Shown: in pieces, positions 51,293 through 63,170 of the stretch
Layout of the letters: each line of letters begins with the position of its first letter
Numbering within the stretch: the stretch's first letter is position 1
Assembly (NCBI GenBank): GCA_050575255.1
Contig: JBNZDD010013692.1
Location: 3,783,379-3,847,378 of the forward strand
Reading direction: 5' to 3'
DNA length: 64,000 bases
From: Harriotta raleighana
Taxonomy: Eukaryota
Notes under the pieces: model-generated
Seen by the model: only the letters and a program-made list of their open reading frames with translations
The model's database searches: none
What the model was told of the DNA's origin: nothing
Made by a program: the position numbers and the translations under genes

Positions 51293-51485
51293 GTTATAAT
51301 ATTAATCTTTAAATTTGATATAGCCTCTTTATCACATTGTTGAGACCAATCCACCAGTCAACTAACACCCAGGTTCCTACCTAATGCTAGGTAAAGAGAG
51401 GCGTGTGGAATAAGTAAACTTGCCTAAGGTTTCGAGCCCAGGTATCGAGCCTATATCCTCTAACCACTACACTACGGGTCTCCAC
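51293..51485 (-). mobile_element. SINE family A, long variant, deleted
   Basis: caactaacacccaggttcctacctaatgctaggtaaagagaggcgtgtggaataag. Confidence 0.7.
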
Positions 51486-52128
51486 TTTGTAGCCGATGTT
51501 GCAGCATTGTCACTTAAAGTAAGGGCTACTATGGTCAACAGTCCAAGAATATAAAGTTGGACTTCTAAAAATAAAAGTTGGAATAATCCAGTTCATACTT
51601 TCCTCAACAGGGGCTACACATGAGCTTCAATGCGCGCTCCAACCAGGGTAAAACTGGCAAGTCAACTTTGTTTTCCAAACTAAACAAGGCTTGCGCTATT
51701 TATTTTTCATATAACTCAGCACAGATGGTGCACAGAATTGCAGCAATCAAGAATCAATCTATGGCTGCTCCATTAAGTAAAAGGAATTTAATGTATCCTG
51801 ACTCATCACTGCAGGGTAAGGTCAACACAAAGGAATCAAACAGGAGGAGGAGGAAATTCAATATCAAAACCTCACAAGTACCCCGAATATGTAGCTTAAT
51901 GAAGCTTCTAATTATCCAACACTGCATTTTGGGCGGATGGTGGTGGTGGATGAATGGTTAGGATGAAATATCATAAGAATCAGGCTACAGAGACCAGACA
52001 ATACAAACAGCTACACTGGGAGGTCCCAGCACCACTATCCTTTTGCCCACAAAATACAGTCAATCCATTTTACAATGTACTATATTTGTGAAAAGCTTTG
52101 GGACGTCTCAATGATTGATAAGGAACTA

Positions 52129-53127
52129 TAATAAAACCTTGTTTTTCCGTGACTCGATGAACTGGAAAACCCGTTCAACCGCCACCTCAAAAAAAAGTCC
52201 CGATTCGATTAACCGTAAGTTATCTGGCAAATAGTGATGACGCGTTTAATGAATATACTGTTGCAAGTGAGTGCAGTACCCGTGAGTGCAGTACTCGCGG
52301 TTGGCCACTAGGCGTGTCTAAACTGGTGAGACGCTCAGAGCCCTGGGCAGCAGCCATTTACAGGTAGGAGAGAGGGAAACACACAGATAGAGACACAGAC
52401 ACAGCTAGAGAGACACACACACATAGAGATACAGAGAGAGAGACACACACTCAGATACAGAGAGGGAGGGAGACACATAGAGACACAGAGAGACAGAGAC
52501 ACACACAGACACAGAAAGACACACACAGACACATAGACAGAGTGAGAGAAAGAGGGGGAGAGAGACACACACACACAGAGAGACACACATATACACACAC
52601 ACACACCCAGACAGAGAGAGAGAGAGAGAGATGTAGAGAGAGACACAGAGAGAGACTCAGATAGACACACACACAAGATAGAGAGAGAGAGACACACATA
52701 GAGACACACACCTAGACACAGAGAGAGAGAGAGAGAGACACACACATACACAGAGAGAGAGATCACAGAGAGAGAGAGAGATCACAGAGAGAGTGAGATT
52801 GCTCCTGCTCCCTTTAAAACTTGCGTTTTTTATCTGTTAATGGAAACTCATGCAAAGTGATGCTTGTCTAAACTATTACAACACAGAAGTTGCTACTTTG
52901 GTCCATTTGACCCAATATGTCGGGTGAGGGCTGCGATTGCGAAGTTAAGTAGAAATAAAAGTACTAATACAATATTCTGTTATTATTTAATCTATTATTA
53001 ATATGGTATGTGTTAAAATAATTATTTTTTAAAATGTACATTGTTTTAGAAAAAATCTTTTCAACCAGAAAAACCGTTTAACCGCCACTGACCAGGTCTC
53101 ATGTGGTGCACTGTATAAGGTTTACTG
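52129..53127 (+). mobile_element. About 1-kb Tigger-like MITE with an internal (AG/AC)n microsatellite, inserted into a SINE tail
   Basis: Decayed left TIR ta|taataaaaccttgtttttcc and right end ggtttactg|ta. The flanks rejoin as SINE tail aaggaacta|tgtcaaatgcaaggattacta. It is the inverted homologue of 56639-57613. Confidence 0.88.
52368..52797. repeat. Compound (AG)n/(AC)n microsatellite inside the MITE
   Basis: Runs of gagagagacacacacac. Confidence 0.95.
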
Positions 53128-53626
53128 TATGTCAAATGCAAGGATTACTATTAACATGGGAATGATGATTACTGTCCACCACCACTACCAATGACACTAA
53201 TAAGAAGACCCTTCCTTCAGTTTATAGGTAGTTAGGAGCAGATCACAACAGAAGTTGCTGACACAACAGAAGCCAATCTTGGCGACTGATAGGTGGTAGA
53301 AAAGCATCTCCGGTGTTCAGTATTGCGAGTGTAGACTGCCTAAGGCACCTCAGGCTGGAGTAGGTCCTGAAAGCTGCGATCGATTACATATGTTCATCAA
53401 TTGGGGGTGGGAGGGAGAGAGTCTATTGCCCTATGTCCATAGTAAACTAAAGGGATACCAACTTTATCAATGCCATTTTGTATTGCCATCAAGTGTATCT
53501 GTGCGTCTATGTTTAGCTATAGGAGAGAATCCCACCTTTTGAATTTTCTTCTTCCCACAGTGTAATTGAAATATCCGCCCACCATAAACAATTATGGCGG
53601 CTCACCGTCAGATGCACCAGTTTCAT

Positions 53627-53955
53627 ATAATAATAATAATAATCCTTGCATTTGATATAGCGCTTTTCACATCTTATCGACGTCCCAAAGCGCTTCACAG
53701 AATGTACTATAAAGTGAATTGACTGTATATTTCTGGGCACAATGCGGCAGCCAATTGCGCACAGCAGCGTCTCACAAACAGTCATGGATTGAAATGACCA
53801 ATTTTATTATGGTTGTATTTTTGGAGGGATTATTAGTAGGCATGTGGAGTAAGGAAACTTGCCCAAGGTTTCGCCCTGATCTGCCGGGATTCGAACACAG
53901 GTCTCATGCTTATAAGAGAAGTGCTCTAACCACTAAGCCACAGGAGCTCCACGAT
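53627..53955 (-). mobile_element. Full-length SINE family A
   Basis: (TAA)n tail to head gggattcgaacacaggtctc...ctctaaccactaagccacaggagctccac. Confidence 0.92.
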
Positions 53956-54401
53956 TATCCTGATAATCTAAGTGTTTGCCTCATTAAAAGCCCAGAATTC
54001 TAGTGCCATAAACTCAAATCTATTCCTTTGTTTCAATAATGACTTCATGCTTACGGTACATGTCAGACATGAAGCAGAAGAAATTTACCTGGAATCTCTT
54101 CATTTCACTTAGCATCCAACAGGTTAGTGATTGAATAGCACGTCAACACATTACACATGAAACAAAGCCCACTGACAAGAGACGCCCATCAACCAATGAA
54201 ACCACCATCTATGGATTCAGCAACAGGATGTTTCCTAAAATAAATAAGATGTGAGGTGATTATGCTGCAGTGTAATAACAGTAGAAGACTAACTAACAGT
54301 AGTTATATCTGATGTGAAAGGCACACTCAGATATTGGCTGTGCATGGATTATGCATCAATAGTGAGTTGGAAGCAACACTGTGACTTATAACACAGTTTT
54401 A

Positions 54402-54519
54402 AATGATTGGGTAACTTATTTTAAGAGCAATCACCATGGGTCATCAATGAAGCCCTACCCCTTTAGGACTTCATTGATGGGCCATGGTGATTGCTCTTAA
54501 AATAAATTACCCAATCATT
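54402..54519. repeat. Near-perfect inverted repeat (56-bp arms, 6-nt loop)
   Basis: Arms 54402-54457 and 54464-54519, 52/56 Watson-Crick complementary. Confidence 0.95.
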
Positions 54520-54989
54520 GTTCACTTAATCTGCCTGAAAAGACCACATTTACTAAACTGGATGTCAGGTGATCATTCAGAGATTTTATCCATGCACCTA
54601 GGAGGAATCAAGGAGTACGGATGTAAAGTGGAAAGACATTTAGTTTACACTACTCTGAGTTTCTCAGCTGTTGAGTCCTTGGGAGGGGAAATTACAACTG
54701 AAAGTAAATAAAATGTAAAGGATTATCTCAACAGGCCACCGCAGCAGCAAAATTGGCACAAAAAGTGCCGAGAAATAAAAATGAAGCTTATAATCAGCTT
54801 TCGTTAATGATTCATTTGCATTTATGTTGAGTCCTTCATGGGACAGTGTCTCATAGTGGTTAGATACACTCTCCACATGACTGCATGCTGATTCCAGTCT
54901 TCGCTGGTGCACAATGGAATTATATTGTTGATGAGTCCCACTTGCAAGGTGACCCAAGTGAGCACGACAAAACTGTCTGGAACAGACAA

Positions 54990-55205
54990 GATGATAGTGA
55001 CTTGGATTCTCTAGTCTTTCTCTGTACCCGAGGCACTAATCTAACCCCACTCTCTTGCTCCTTACATCCTTTAATATTTCTCCTCTTCAAAAAATAATTC
55101 ATTTTTTCCAAAATTGCATTAACTCTGATTCAACAACAATTTGTGGCAGATAATTCAATATTCCAACTAACCTGGTTCTGCACAAAGGAATTTTTGCTAA
55201 TCTCC
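54990..55205 (-). mobile_element. CR1 3' fragment, degenerate
   Basis: ctaatctaaccccactctcttgctccttacatcc...caacaacaatttgtggcagataattcaatattccaactaacc. Confidence 0.5.
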
Positions 55206-56511
55206 CTTTCACAATTTTTGTAATAATCTTAAATCTGTGCCTTCTTGACCACAGCCCGCTGGCCAGTTCAATTCATTTATTACTATTTGAAAACAGGAAC
55301 CGTTTTTTTTAGCGGTAGGTTCGGGTTTAGGTGAACAAATTCTCCTGTCTGTGCTGGCTGCGGAAGGGGAGCCCAAGCTTGAGTCACAGGATGAATGCAT
55401 ATACGGCAAGTCTGTTTGTTTCACTTTAGGGATCAGAAGTGTCAATGCAGAGTTCTCCCCCAGGAGCTAAAGTCTCAGGCCTGTGAAGAGGCAGCAGGTT
55501 CAATCGACCCTTTTCTCAATCCCTACTTTCTCATGTTCATCAAGCTTATCACAAAGAGCAGGATGGATGTCCACTTTCAGGGCAGCACCTGTAAATTTAG
55601 AAGTGCTATCTGCTATCAGACAGATAATTCAAGTGGTAAATCTCAAGATATTTCTCTTTTCAAGTTTGGAATCAGAGATAACAGATAACATAGATTATAG
55701 TTGATGTGCAGGGGGGAGGGGGAAGCAAGAGAAACTAGCATTAGGGCTTAATATAGTGTTTTTCATTTTATAAATATATTGTAAGCCTTTTGCAAAAACG
55801 TCCACTGGAATTAAAATGGTTTACAGTATTAACAAGAATTCCTTGTTATAGTTCGCTGAGCTATGTTGTATCATTCTCAAACACGACATTTTGCAACAAA
55901 CAATCTGAACAGTCAGATCGGGCAAAAATAAATAAACACGGATTTCATTCATGTTTTAATTATCTTCAACAATCACAAGTTGTGAGCAATTTCTGATTCC
56001 AGATCCATCGGAAAGATAGAAGGATGCGCAACTGGAGCTTAGGAACTTGTGGCATTTTTAACGAATTTGGTGAGATCGCTTCACCTCAAATCATTGTAAG
56101 GTCACATCCCTTGCATGGTTACCAGAAACCGACTCAGAACTTAAAGCGAGATCGTAGACAGTAGTTTTGTCAAACGTGATAAGTACTTAAGCTGAGGCAA
56201 TGCTCCTAAAAATACCAATGTGGCCCCTATTGGGACGCCAGGAATACCTGAAACACCAAATTAAAGTCACTCAAAAGGTCAGAGCCAGTTCCTGAACAAC
56301 TTGAGTGACAGAGTGGATGTATTGCAAGTCTGGTCTCAATCAGAGTCTAGCTTGTCAGAAACAGAACTTGCATTTTTATAGCTTTTTAGCATAACTTTTC
56401 TGAGGAGTACTGGCCATGAGAGAGCATCATGTACATCTGACGAGCAAGCGTGATCGGATGCTCAGCTGAAGTGAAATGTCATCCTGATGTGAAATATGCT
56501 TTATAAATGTT

Positions 56512-56602
56512 ATAAATAATATAATAATCCTTGCATTTGATATAGTGCTTTTCACATCTTATCGACATCTCAAAGCGCTTCACAGAATATAGTGTAAAGT
56601 GA
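56512..56602 (-). mobile_element. SINE family A tail
   Basis: ataataatccttgcatttgatatagtgcttttcacatc. Confidence 0.8.
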
Positions 56603-56638
56603 TGTAAACTGCATTGTACAGATTGTATTAAATATATA

Positions 56639-57613
56639 CAGTAAAACCTCGTTTATCCGGCACCCATGGGCCCTGGCCAGTAGCGGTTAAATCATTTTTC
56701 CGGTTGAACGGATTTTTTTTTTAAAATTTAATTAAAAAAAATATATTTTAACACATACCATATTAATAATAGACTAAATAACAACAGAATATTGTGTTAG
56801 TATTTTTATTTATGCTTAACTTTTCAATCGCAGCCCTCACCCGACCTATTTTAGGTCAAATCGACCAATGTAGCAACTTCTGTGTTGTGATGCTTAGACA
56901 AGCATCACTATGCGTGAGTTTCCATTAACAAGATAAAAATGAACGAGGTAGGNCCAACCTATTTTAGGTCAAATCGACCAATGTAGCAACTTCTGTGTTG
57001 TGATGCTTAGACAAGCATCACTATGCGTGAGTTTCCATTAACAAGATAAAAATGAACGAGGTAGGAAAAATCGCGACTTTTTCTCTCTCTCTGTGGTCTC
57101 TCTCTCTCCCTCTCTGTGGGTGTGTATGTGTGTGTCTCTCTCTCTCTCTCTCTGTGTCTAGGTGTGTGTCTTTCTCTATCTGTGTGTGTGCATCTGTCTG
57201 TGTCTCCCTCTCTTTCCCCCTCTTTCTCTCTATGTATCTGTCTCTCCCTCCCTCTCTGTATCTGAGTGTGCGTGTCTCTCTCTCTCTCTCTAGGTTTCTG
57301 TGTGTGTGTGTCTATCTGTGTCTGTCTCTCTATCTGTGTGTGGGTGTCCCTCTATCTGTGTGTCCCTCTCCCTCACCTGAAAAAATGGCTACTGCTCCAG
57401 GGCTCTGAGCATCTCACCAGTTTAGACACGCCTAGTGGCCAACCACAAGTACTGCACTCGCGAGTACTGCACTCTCTTGGAAAAATCCATTCATTGAACG
57501 CAATCACTATTTGCCGGATAAATTCCAGTTAATCGAATCAGGACTTTTTTTGTTAGGTGGCGGTTGAACGGATTTTTCGGTTCATCGAGTCATGGAAAAA
57601 CGAGGTTTTACTG
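56639..57613 (-). mobile_element. Tigger-like MITE, 975 bp, with an internal (CT/GT)n microsatellite
   Basis: TA|CAGTAAAACCTCGTTTATCC ... GGAAAAACGAGGTTTTACTG|TA (19/20 TIR match, TA TSD). No transposase ORF. Confidence 0.93.
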
Positions 57614-57620
57614 TATTTCT

Positions 57621-58672
57621 ATTGTGGAGTTCTGCAGCTCAGGGGTTAGAGCATTGCTTCGAAAGGAGAGACCTGGGTTTAATTTTCCGGCAAAATGAAA
57701 CCTTGGGCAAATTTCCTTACTCCACATGCCTGATAATAATCCTTCAAGACAAAAAAACAACAATAAATTGATCACTTCCATCCTCGACAGTTCGTGGGAC
57801 ACTGCTGTGAGCAATTAGCTGCTAAGCTTCGCCCACAAATAGACAGTCAATTCAAATGTATGCCAAGCATTCATTAGTTACAGCAATTTGTAGCGTTTTG
57901 TTTTTTGATGGGGATATGTGGTCTCTAGATAATGCCAGTGAAGCTCCTGTAACACACTTTTGGGCTGTACAGGTAGTCCTCAAGTTACGTCAGGGTTAGG
58001 TTCCTAAGATGTGGTGTAAGTCGAATTTGTATGTAAGTCGAGTCACCCCCCTATAATGCTTACAGTAACATACAGTGATTGGTTGTAGTGTATAGTGAGC
58101 TGCCCTCTCTCCCCTGCACCCCTCCTAATATGTACAGTACTGTAAATAAAATAAAATATTACTATATTTACATGGCTTCATTGTGAGTCTGGCACTCGAT
58201 GTAGCGCAACACAGGAGATCACATGCGACGTAGCGCAACGCAGATCACACGTGACGTAGCGCAGTCTAAAGGCTCGAAAGTACTGTACCGCCGAGCTCAC
58301 AGACTCGCACAGTACCTGTACAGTACACACTCTCGTCTCGCCTCCGTCCTGTTCCTGTCCTGAACGCGTATCGTGGTCCCGTAAGTGTTGAGAGCGGCGA
58401 CTCCAGTTTTCTATCGCGCGTGGGGCAACTAAAGTATTTACATAGTAGTGTCGTAACTTCGAGACTTTGGATGTAACTCGGACGTAATTTTACTGATATT
58501 AAGCGTCATAACTTCGAATTGTCGTACCTCGGAACGTCGTAACTAGAGGACTGCCTGTAATTATTTGGCAGGAAGCAGCTAATTAAGTACCTGTTGCAGT
58601 ATATTCTGTGAAGTGCATTGAGGCGTCTAGAAGGCATGAAAAGTGCTATATCAAACGCAAGGATTATTATGA
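57621..58672 (+). mobile_element. SINE family A split by nested insertions (57856-58598)
   Basis: Head attgtggagttctgcagctcaggggttagagc. The body stops at acagtcaattca (57854) and resumes at cagtatattctgtgaag (58597), running to gcaaggattattat. Confidence 0.88.
57970..58557. mobile_element. Tigger-like MITE, 588 bp, CpG-rich
   Basis: TA|CAGGTAGTCCTCAAGTTACG ... CGTAACTAGAGGACTGCCTG|TA (18/20 TIR match); repeated subterminal (c/t)gtaa(c/g)tcg motifs. Confidence 0.93.
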
Positions 58673-59799
58673 TTAACACTCATATTTATATTATTAAAGT
58701 TGGTGAAGCAATGTTAACTGTTGCTTATTACTGTGCAGTCGTCACTAAAAGTCCATGTTCCAGTCTAGCATAGGCTCTGCCATGTTAAAAGTACAGTACA
58801 AGGAACGACAGAGAAATTTGTAAAAGTAAATATTTAAAATGAATGGGAGAGTGAGTACAGGGATCAATGCAAGGCAGCCATTCAAAGACTATTCCAGTAA
58901 TCTTGTTAGCTGCAAATTCAGTATTGCAACGCTAGCTCCCTTCCTGTTAAACAGACTGAACTGTCAGGACAGAACTGCTAGGAAAACATTGCTACACATT
59001 ACTTCACTGGGCCTCCAGTACACTTGCAAATCTTTTCCAATGAACTGCATCACAGACAGCTAAACACTGCCGGATAACTTGAGGCTGTCCAGTCATATGG
59101 AGCTGCCTAATACATCAGATTTAGTAGAACACAAGAATCCCCAGCAGATAAATGCACATCAACCAAACGATGCCTATAAAATGAAACATAAAACAGATTG
59201 CTTTAGGGATCAAAGGAATTTTTTTTTTCTCTCTNACTCCTCTTTGCTAAAGGTCTTTCTATTTGATTTTTAACTATCTGAATAAATATGGTCAATGCTG
59301 TCACTTATGGTTGAAGTTAATCACTGGAATATAATAACGTGGGTGATGGTGTCTATGAAGAGAAATAACAGGGGAAACTCCAACTGGGCTAATTTAGATT
59401 TATTCTATTGATGCAGTCTAAACAAATTAAAAGATGGGTAAGCTTGCTGGCATCAGCCTTTGCTTGTGGAAACTGCAATAATAAGCCTACTGATAAATCT
59501 TGCAAGCATTATTTAAACAATAATGGCTGCTATTTCCCCGACCCCCACTTTTCTTCCCTCCCCTCAAGGCAGTTATTCATGCTGAGACACAATTGCATAG
59601 CTGCCTGCTGTCTCCTGGCAGTCTGTTGGGCCAGCCATTCCTCATGTGTGAAGCTGGAATTTACAGGGCCACCCTGTTTTAGGCACCCAGTTAGCCCAGA
59701 TCTGCTTATAGTATAGGAGTCCTGGAGACACTCACCAAACACCCAGCTTCCTGCGCTGATTGCTTGCACTGAAAAATAACCACCTTCTGGGTCGTCAGG

Positions 59800-60121
59800 T
59801 CATTGCTCCAGTCCCTTCTCCTCGCTTCCTCCCTCGCCTCCTTCAAAGCTGGTCTCAAGACCCTCCTACTCGATCGCGCAATCTGCTTCCCTCCCAACAC
59901 TCTCCCACCCCTCCTAAATCTCCCCCTCCCGTCTCTCCTACAATGCCCCTCTCCCTTGCTCGGGTCCCGACCTGACTGTTCAGTGCCTTGGGACATCCTC
60001 CCAAAGGGAAAGACGCTCTATAAATCTGATTTTGTTGTTGTTGTTGTGTAACTGTTCAGTGCCTTGGGACATCCTCCTGACGTCCTCCTCCTGAAATACA
60101 ATTTTGTTTTTGTTGTTGTTG
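59800..60121 (+). mobile_element. L2 3' end with a second tandem tail
   Basis: LASSLASFKAGLKTLLLDRA, then actgttcagtgccttgggacatcctcc twice (59976 and 60051), each ending in (TTG)n. Confidence 0.85.
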
Positions 60122-60216
60122 ACATCACTTCTCAGGCATTTGTGCCATGTGTCAGTTCCTGTACTATGTGCAAGAGGTTTGTTAATACTTCCTTCATGCT
60201 GTAAATGTGCGCTATG

Positions 60217-60603
60217 CACTGGAAGCGTGTAGTTCAGTGGTTAGAGCAGTGAATCACCTTACAAGCGTCAGACCTGTGTTCAAATCCAGGCAGGTCAGGC
60301 CAAAACCTTGGATTCCTTACTTCACATGCCTAATAATAATCCCTCCAAAAAAAGTAATATTGGTCATTTTAATCCATGACTGTTTGTGGGACACTATTGC
60401 GTTTTGCCCATAATATACAGTCAATTCATTTTACAGTACATTCTGACGCAGTAACTGTCTTACTGTTACGCCTTGGGGCGTCCTCCTGACATGAAAGGCG
60501 TTGTACACGTGTAATTTTGTTGTTGTTGTTGTATTCTGTGAAGTGCTTTAAGAAGTCTAGAAGACATGAAAAGCGCTATATCAAATGCAAGGATTATTAT
60601 TAT
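60217..60603 (+). mobile_element. SINE family A with an inserted L2 tail (about 60446-60532)
   Basis: attctg is duplicated at 60440-60445 and 60533-60538 around gccttggggcgtcctcctgacatgaaaggcg...(ttg)n. Confidence 0.85.
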
Positions 60604-61866
60604 AGGAAGCGCTGCTGATGTAGCTTCACGTGGTGCGTGTGTCTGTAAATGGTGCTTCTTGTACACCCCTCGCAATAAAATGAGACACTGTGTGTGTGTG
60701 TCGTTCTGTCTATAAGACGCTGCGACTATGAGACCTTGTGTGTGTGATTGTGTGTGATGCACACACAGCAGTGAATCAAAGTGTGAAAGAATGACAACCT
60801 TCTACACCTGATATCACATTATTTGATAGGGAAGAGGTGGGGAGAGAAACAGAACAACAGTTGAACTTAATCTTATCCTAATTCAATTTGCACATTCTCC
60901 TTCAGGTGGGACTGGAATATGATCTGGAGGGAGCACTTCGGCTGATGTTCACCTTCCTAGCCCAGGGACTGAAGCCATTTGCAAAAAAGAAACAATAAAA
61001 ATGACTTTCCAAAACATTTCCCCAACCTTGCTAAGCATGAATGGGCCTCTCCTTTGTGCTAAACTTTTATGTATTTTCTGCTCTGCCACATTGAAGTACT
61101 CCTTACACGGCTGAATTGTACAAATAAACACTTGCGCTCCTGGGAAATATTATGCATGTCATAAACTAAATTTGCCTATGAGAAAAACAGTGACTCCACT
61201 TTATCACCAGAGCAAAATCCAATGCAAGTATTATTAGAAATTTGCTTTTATCTCAATATTGTACAAAGGAAAACTCTCCGATGTATTATCATTTCCAATG
61301 TCCGCAGTAGGAAATACTGTATTCCCTTTTTCCCACAGAACACAATCCTTCCACTTTTGGGATATGAAGTATCAATTAATGTCTGGCAGGAAACCAAATA
61401 TTTCTTCGATCCATTTAGTACAGTACAGTACACCACAAAGTAATTGCTGACACTGGTAACTTAATTACTTTAGACCTTTTAGCAACCGTCAAGACTTTTT
61501 GTGTTACCGTCATATGTCAACCAAGCCTAACAAAATATTTGGACTACATCCTTAGTCAGACTTGGAGGTGTCCAAGTGCTATAATACCTCACGAAGTAAG
61601 CAGCAAATATAAGGAACACAGTTGGCACCAAATTGTTCCTTCCACTGCACAGTTCAGGGTGGGCCAGCTGTGCTCAGATTATAAGCCCCGATCAGTGCGT
61701 CACCCAGTTTAGTTGGCACACTCGGACATCCTCCTGCTATATCAAATGTAAAGATTAATTATTTGTTTATTACATCAGCTGTGTTGAGGTCTGAGAGGAA
61801 AGATCCTTGTGTTTCCCCTGACCTATAGACTGGATCAGGTTTAGGACTCCCATAACCCCCAACGGA

Positions 61867-62289
61867 CTGGTCGGCCATTGCTAATAATCCATTGTCGCCA
61901 CGAAAGGTGCTATACAAATGTAATATTGTTGTTGTTGCTATTTAGTCTCATTTGCGCCTTGACAATGAATGGGCTTGAGTTTGTGGGTTGAATTAACCAC
62001 ATTCGTGTGACCCTGCGGTCTAGATAATAACCCATATGTAAAATGTGTGGTTTGTTTTAACCAGGTGCAAACATATGTGTACAGAGGGAATTCTGGATGC
62101 CTTTAGTTATCTGGTATACAATGAATGGAAAGGATTCACATGATTTTGAAATCCTTTTCATTGTTTGTTTACATAGGGCACTAACATGCCATTGCATGTG
62201 GTTAACCCAACCCACAAGCTCAAACCCATTCATTGTCCAGACTCGCAATGAGAGTAAATAGCAGTGGATTATTTGCAATGGCCAACCAG
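61867..62289. repeat. Foldback-type inverted repeat (about 93-bp arms, 193-bp spacer), left arm interrupted by an L2 tail (61895-61937)
   Basis: ctggtcggccattgctaataatccattg[..]ctatttagtctcatttgcgccttgacaatgaatgggcttgagtttgtgggttgaattaaccacat matches the reverse complement of 62196-62289. Confidence 0.88.
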
Positions 62290-62324
62290 ACAGCTATGAG
62301 AGACCACAAGTTTAAGATAACAAC

Positions 62325-62590
62325 AAAAGGAATTAAAGGAGTTTAAATAAACAAAAATTGACACAGAGGGTGGTTGGAATGTGGAATTCCATGCCAAAAC
62401 CAGTCATCGAAGCAAGAGTCTGTGAATTATTTCAAAAAGGAATCTCGGCAGATGCTTGAAGAATAATGCATTAAATGGCATGGGGCTGAGCAGGAGAGTG
62501 GGCTGAGATTAGGTGTCTCATAAGAAGAAAGCATTAGTGTGGATTTGATGGCCTAAACGCTATTTTCAATGCTCTTCAAGATTCCATAAA
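62325..62590 (+). mobile_element. CR1 3' end
   Basis: acacagagggtggttggaatgtggaattccatgcca...ttcaaaaaggaa...gagcaggagagtggg. Confidence 0.75.
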
Positions 62591-63170
62591 GAATGGCCAC
62601 TTTGGTAAGAGGTTCATTAACGTTCAGAGCAGTGCTCCAAACATGCTTTCATGCAGGAAAAGAGTTATATAAATGCAGGTTGTTGTTGACGGAGTGGGCA
62701 GCTGCTTGCCTTCTTCCTTTTTTTCCCCAAGACCCTATTAATGTTTCCGGGTACATAGTGTGCTGTCTTTCAGAACTGTTTGTTCCTGTTCTCAGACCTT
62801 GAACCAATTCATTACTGCTCCGGCCCTTTGTTAACCGTGACCGGTGGCAACTATCAAGCTGCCTAGACCGATCCATGTGTAAAAAGAAATATTCCGAAGA
62901 TAACCTTGCCAGAGGCCAGGTTCTGCCTTTGCGAAGTCTGTCCTTTTCCTATCATTTCATCCATTCAGNTCCGAAGATAACCTTGCCAGAGGCCAGGTTC
63001 TGCCTTTGCGAAGTCTGTCCTTTTCCAGAACGCTTGAAAGACAGAGAGCCGCAGAAAGAAATCCACACTGGCACACACAGAATGAAGCCCTCCCAAACCT
63101 CATTACTGAGGGAATAACTAAGAGGCTTGATAAAACGTTACAACATCAAGGTTTGTTGGTTGATCTTTTT

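Noticed and set aside
52335-52766. Cys/Val/Ser/Leu-rich ORFs (also 57052-57532)
   Set aside because: These are translations of AG/AC microsatellites.
53513-53785. Recurrent peptides such as VKRFETSRRCEKRYIKCKDYY in many ORFs
   Set aside because: These are translations of the SINE 3' tail, not a protein family.
56841-57065. About 112-bp tandem duplication inside the MITE
   Set aside because: It flanks a single n (56953) and is absent from the sister MITE at 52129-53127, so it is likely an assembly artefact.
62892-63026. About 55-bp direct repeat resembling a repeat-spacer-repeat unit
   Set aside because: Identical copies next to a single n (62969) indicate a scaffolding overlap. It is not CRISPR: there are two units, the DNA is eukaryotic and no cas genes are present.
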